DNA from: Chloroflexota bacterium
GTDB lineage: Bacteria; Chloroflexota; UBA11872; VXOZ01
Length of the DNA: 64,000 nucleotides
NCBI GenBank assembly: GCA_965221905.1
Contig: OZ244922.1
Coordinates: 3,200,001 to 3,264,000, forward strand
Direction: 5' to 3'
The first letter of the stretch is position 1. Each line of letters opens with the position of its first letter. The position numbers and the translations under genes are program-made. This document shows positions 60,977 through 64,000 of the stretch, one piece after another. A model generated the notes under the pieces. That model searched no databases. It was not told the origin of the DNA and saw only the letters and a program-made list of their open reading frames with translations.

Positions 60977-61087
60977 GTAGGGGCACGACATGTCGTGCCC
61001 CTACGCCATTTACCCACTGCCAGCGGGGCGGATTGCTAGGTGCGGGCGACCGGGGAAGCGCTGGCGCAGGTTACAAACCTACGCTAC
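60977..61087. repeat. Adjacent family A and family B REP palindromes
   Basis: GTAGGGGCACGACATGTCGTGCCCCTAC then GCGCAGGTTACAAACCTACGCTAC. Confidence 0.8.
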
Positions 61088-61266
61088 CCAAACAAGACCG
61101 TCGAGACTCAAGAGACGGCTGGATTGTGTCTTTGGGGCAAGCAAGGAACTGCCAGATTGCGGCGTGAAGAGGGAGAGCTTTCCAGCCGAGAGCGAGATTC
61201 ATGACCAAGCAAGGAGCTGACCAACGCATCGATGTGGGTACATTTGTGGCTTTCAATCTCAACCCC

Positions 61267-62100
61267 CTATAGCCAGGCCGCCATCCAGTCGCTAATCTCG
61301 CGGGCCAGTTCGTCCGGGCTCTCGCCGCGGCTGGGCCTGGATACCTCCATCGTCCACGGGCCCACGTAGCCGATTTCCGCAAATGCCTGGCGAATGGCGG
61401 TCCAGTCATAGGAGTCCAACGCCGGTGAGTGGTGGTCGCTGTCGCCGTTGGGCGCGTCGAGATCGTGGATGTGTGTCCCACAGAGACGACTCCCGGCGGC
61501 TCGAATTTCGTCTGCCGGCTCCCGCTTGAGCTTGCCGGCGTGTCCCAGATCGATGATGAGACCCACTGACGCGCTGGGGTAGGGTTCGACGACCTCGCGC
61601 AGTTCTCCCATGTTGTTTAGCGGCATCTGGGGGTATGGCAGGTTTTCCAACGTGACCCGAACGCCTGTTTCTTCGATGGCTGGCAGCAGGGAGTCCAGCG
61701 AGCCTTGGATCCCTTCGCGCAGCCTCTGCGGCAGCATGGGGTCGTCAACGTCGGGGACAAAGTCCGGATTGGGGATCGGGTGAATGACCATCTCGGTAAG
61801 GCCGAGACTGCCGGCCAGCCGCAGATACCCGCTCAACACGGCGACGCTCTCCGTTCGCCACTCGTCATCGAGCGCAGCCAGGATGTTCCGGCCCGAGGGC
61901 GCGTGCATCGTCCGCGCGCGCACCGCGTGTCCCGCAAAGAGCGCCTGCAAACGGCGATCTTCATCCGCATCCGACCCGTAAACGTGGGGCTCTCGGACGT
62001 TCAACTCCACTTGCGGAAAACCGACCGCGGCGATGGCGTCCAAAGCGGCCGGAAGCTCGCGGTCTCTAAAGAGGGATGTTGAGCAGCTTGTGTTCTTCAT
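61267..62100 (-). CDS. Sugar phosphate isomerase/epimerase (xylose isomerase-like TIM barrel)
   Basis: LENL, DLGH, HIHD, DHH and ME metal-ligand motifs. Confidence 0.85.
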   Translation of the reverse strand: MKNTSCSTSLFRDRELPAALDAIAAVGFPQVELNVREPHVYGSDADEDRRLQALFAGHAVRARTMHAPSGRNILAALDDEWRTESVAVLSGYLRLAGSLGLTEMVIHPIPNPDFVPDVDDPMLPQRLREGIQGSLDSLLPAIEETGVRVTLENLPYPQMPLNNMGELREVVEPYPSASVGLIIDLGHAGKLKREPADEIRAAGSRLCGTHIHDLDAPNGDSDHHSPALDSYDWTAIRQAFAEIGYVGPWTMEVSRPSRGESPDELAREISDWMAAWL

Positions 62101-62279
62101 GGCTGAGCCTTTCGTAATTGAATTGATGGGACTGTAACCTAATGGGCCACGACGTTTCGCCAAAGGAGATCGAACTCAAGCTGAGAAATGGCGCGAGTAC
62201 TCAAACTGATTTCCGATCAATATACTCCTAGAGCAATCTTGCACTGCGTTTCAAGAAGAGGACCTCGCGCCCCGAAACC

Positions 62280-62388
62280 GTAGGGGCACGACATGTCGTG
62301 CCCCTACCCATTGCCTGCTCTTGGCGATTGGCAATGGCTGCGCCCTGCTGGAGAGGTAACGCGGACGCAGGTTGCAAACCTACGCTAC
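62280..62388. repeat. Adjacent family A and family B REP palindromes
   Basis: Same A-then-B arrangement as at 60977. Confidence 0.8.
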
Positions 62389-62453
62389 CGGAGCACAATG
62401 CCCATTTACCCTATTAATTCGTACCAGACGACCACTGCCACCAAAGCCGCAGA

Positions 62454-63122
62454 CTAGCCGTAACGCTCTTCGGTCCAGGGATCGCCGCGCATGTGGTAGC
62501 CGCGTTGCTCCCAGAAGCCGGGTTTGTCGGCATTCACAAACTCCAGGCCGCGCAGCCACTTGGCGCTCTTCCAGAAGTAGAGGTGGGGCACCATCAAGCG
62601 CAGCGGCCAGCCGTGGTCCAGCGCAAGGTTCTCGCCATTGTGCTTGTACGCCAGCAGCACGTCGTCGCGTAGGAAGTCCGTCAGCGGCAGGTTGGCGGTG
62701 TAGCCCTGCTCGGCGTGGACGATCACGTGGGTCGCCTCGGGCTTGATCTTGGCCTGCTCCGCCACGTACAGGGCCGGGACGCCCTCGAACACGTTGTCGA
62801 GCAGGCTCCACGTGGTGACGCAATGAATGTCGCAGAGCACCTTCTTCGTGGGCAGGCCCATAAACGCCTCATAGTCCCAGGCGAGCGGGTTTTCAACCAG
62901 GCCGACAATGCGGAGATCCCATCTGGCGGCATCGAAACGGGGCGTCGAACCGTAGGTGAGCACCGGCCAGCCGCGCGTGATCCACTGGCCCGGCGGCACA
63001 CGCGATCGGTCTGCGGGCCTGGCGTCCAGCGCGTCGGCGGCCTCCTGGCGCACGCTCTCCGGCATCGCCGTGTCGTCGTCTCCCTGCCTTCCAAGTCCTG
63101 CGAGGAACCGTCCCAAATCCAT
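62454..63122 (-). CDS. Sulfite oxidase-like molybdopterin oxidoreductase (YuiH-like)
   Basis: RVPPGQ, DIHCVTTWS, HGWPLRL..P.LYFWKSAKW and GFWE.RGYH..GDPW.EER motifs. Confidence 0.92.
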   Translation of the reverse strand: MDLGRFLAGLGRQGDDDTAMPESVRQEAADALDARPADRSRVPPGQWITRGWPVLTYGSTPRFDAARWDLRIVGLVENPLAWDYEAFMGLPTKKVLCDIHCVTTWSLLDNVFEGVPALYVAEQAKIKPEATHVIVHAEQGYTANLPLTDFLRDDVLLAYKHNGENLALDHGWPLRLMVPHLYFWKSAKWLRGLEFVNADKPGFWEQRGYHMRGDPWTEERYG

Positions 63123-63280
63123 TGTGCTTCTCCCTCCTGTCCACACCTGCCGCAAGGCTAATCGATGTCTTCCCCAATTGGCCGCTTTCGAATAGCAACC
63201 GCATCTGCACTGTTCGTTCCGACGCTGAAGGGTCCCACTCCCAATGTACCCGCTTACATCCGTTCATCCTTCGACAGGCT

Positions 63281-63410
63281 CAGGACGAACGGATTCTGAC
63301 TTCCTCAAGGCGCGCACGCCCAGGACGAACAGATTCCGACTTCCTCAGTACACGCTCGCTCAGGACGAACAGATTCCGACTTCCTCAAGGCAAACACGCT
63401 CAAAACGAAC
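63281..63410. repeat. About 3.25 direct tandem 40-bp units
   Basis: CAGGACGAAC[A/G]GATTC[C/T]GACTTCCTCA plus 13 variable nt, three times. Confidence 0.8.
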
Positions 63411-63672
63411 GGACGCTCATTTGCGCAGCCTGTCCGGCTCACTAGTCCGGCCGGCTAAACGCAACCGGCTCCGGCCGGATGATTGCAACCAGCCCATAAG
63501 CCCCATCCTTCCGGTAGCGCAGGTTTGCAACCTGCGCCCATCCGGCATACACGCCGGTCAGGCGCTCGCCCTACCATTTAGCGTGGCAACATTGCCTAGC
63601 GTCTCCTGACCGCGCGAGGCACACCCCCACCTATCTCCAGATTAGCATAGCTATCAGGCAACTTGTACGCCG

Positions 63673-64000
63673 TTACCCGCAAACCTGGCGGAAGACGCGC
63701 AAGTGGTTGAGGCCGAGCATCTTGCGCAGGTCGTCTTCTTTCCAGCCTCGAGCGAGCAAGCCCTCAGTGATTTGCGGCACCACGGTCGCGTCTTTCAGCA
63801 CGTCCCCGCCGCCGTCGAAGTCCGAACCGAGGCCGATGCAGTCTGTGCCGCCTACCTGAGCGATGTGGTCGAAATGGTCGAGCAGCCGCTCCAGGGTGCG
63901 CTTGCTTTCATCGGCATCCACGAACGCCGGTACGTACGTCACGCCGATCACGCCGCCGTTGGCGGCCACGGCCCGAATCTGGTCGTCGGTGAGGTTGCGC
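63673..64000 (-). CDS. Membrane dipeptidase (M19) C-terminal part (5'-partial)
   Basis: RNLTDDQI, GGVIG, DHFDH, IGLGSDFDG and G.N.LRV motifs. Confidence 0.9.
   Translation of the reverse strand, partial: RNLTDDQIRAVAANGGVIGVTYVPAFVDADESKRTLERLLDHFDHIAQVGGTDCIGLGSDFDGGGDVLKDATVVPQITEGLLARGWKEDDLRKMLGLNHLRVFRQVCG

Noticed and set aside
63281-63410. Possible mini-CRISPR
   Set aside because: Variable parts are only 13 nt and related to each other; no cas genes or leader

Overview
High-GC bacterial chromosomal window, probably Chloroflexota (inferred from a DUF5656-like membrane gene, many Tat-lipoprotein solute-binding proteins, no outer-membrane genes and dense intergenic REP-like repeats). 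Housekeeping blocks: purA; rpsA-clpC-radA-ispD-ispF-cysE-cysS; ybaB-recR; rpmH-rnpA-yidD-yidC-jag; birA; tRNA-Cys and tRNA-Thr. These are interspersed with catabolic genes (Gfo/Idh/MocA, FAH-family, sulfatase, nitrilase, hydrolases). Most notable: (1) a dop - small GGE-ending modifier - pafA protein-conjugation locus (11.6-15.5 kb) whose modifier matches neither canonical Pup nor UBact and which has no ARC ATPase or proteasome genes beside it; (2) a stand-alone three-repeat copy of the ClpC N-domain directly upstream of clpC; (3) an unexplained, apparently structured ~240-nt non-coding region beside tRNA-Cys; (4) a glxBCD/mgsABC-like operon with altered catalytic motifs. Also present: a low-GC fused restriction-modification gene upstream of rpmH, an IS5 element at a truncated gene, and several REP/MITE repeat families. 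All calls come from reading motifs by eye; no database searches were run.
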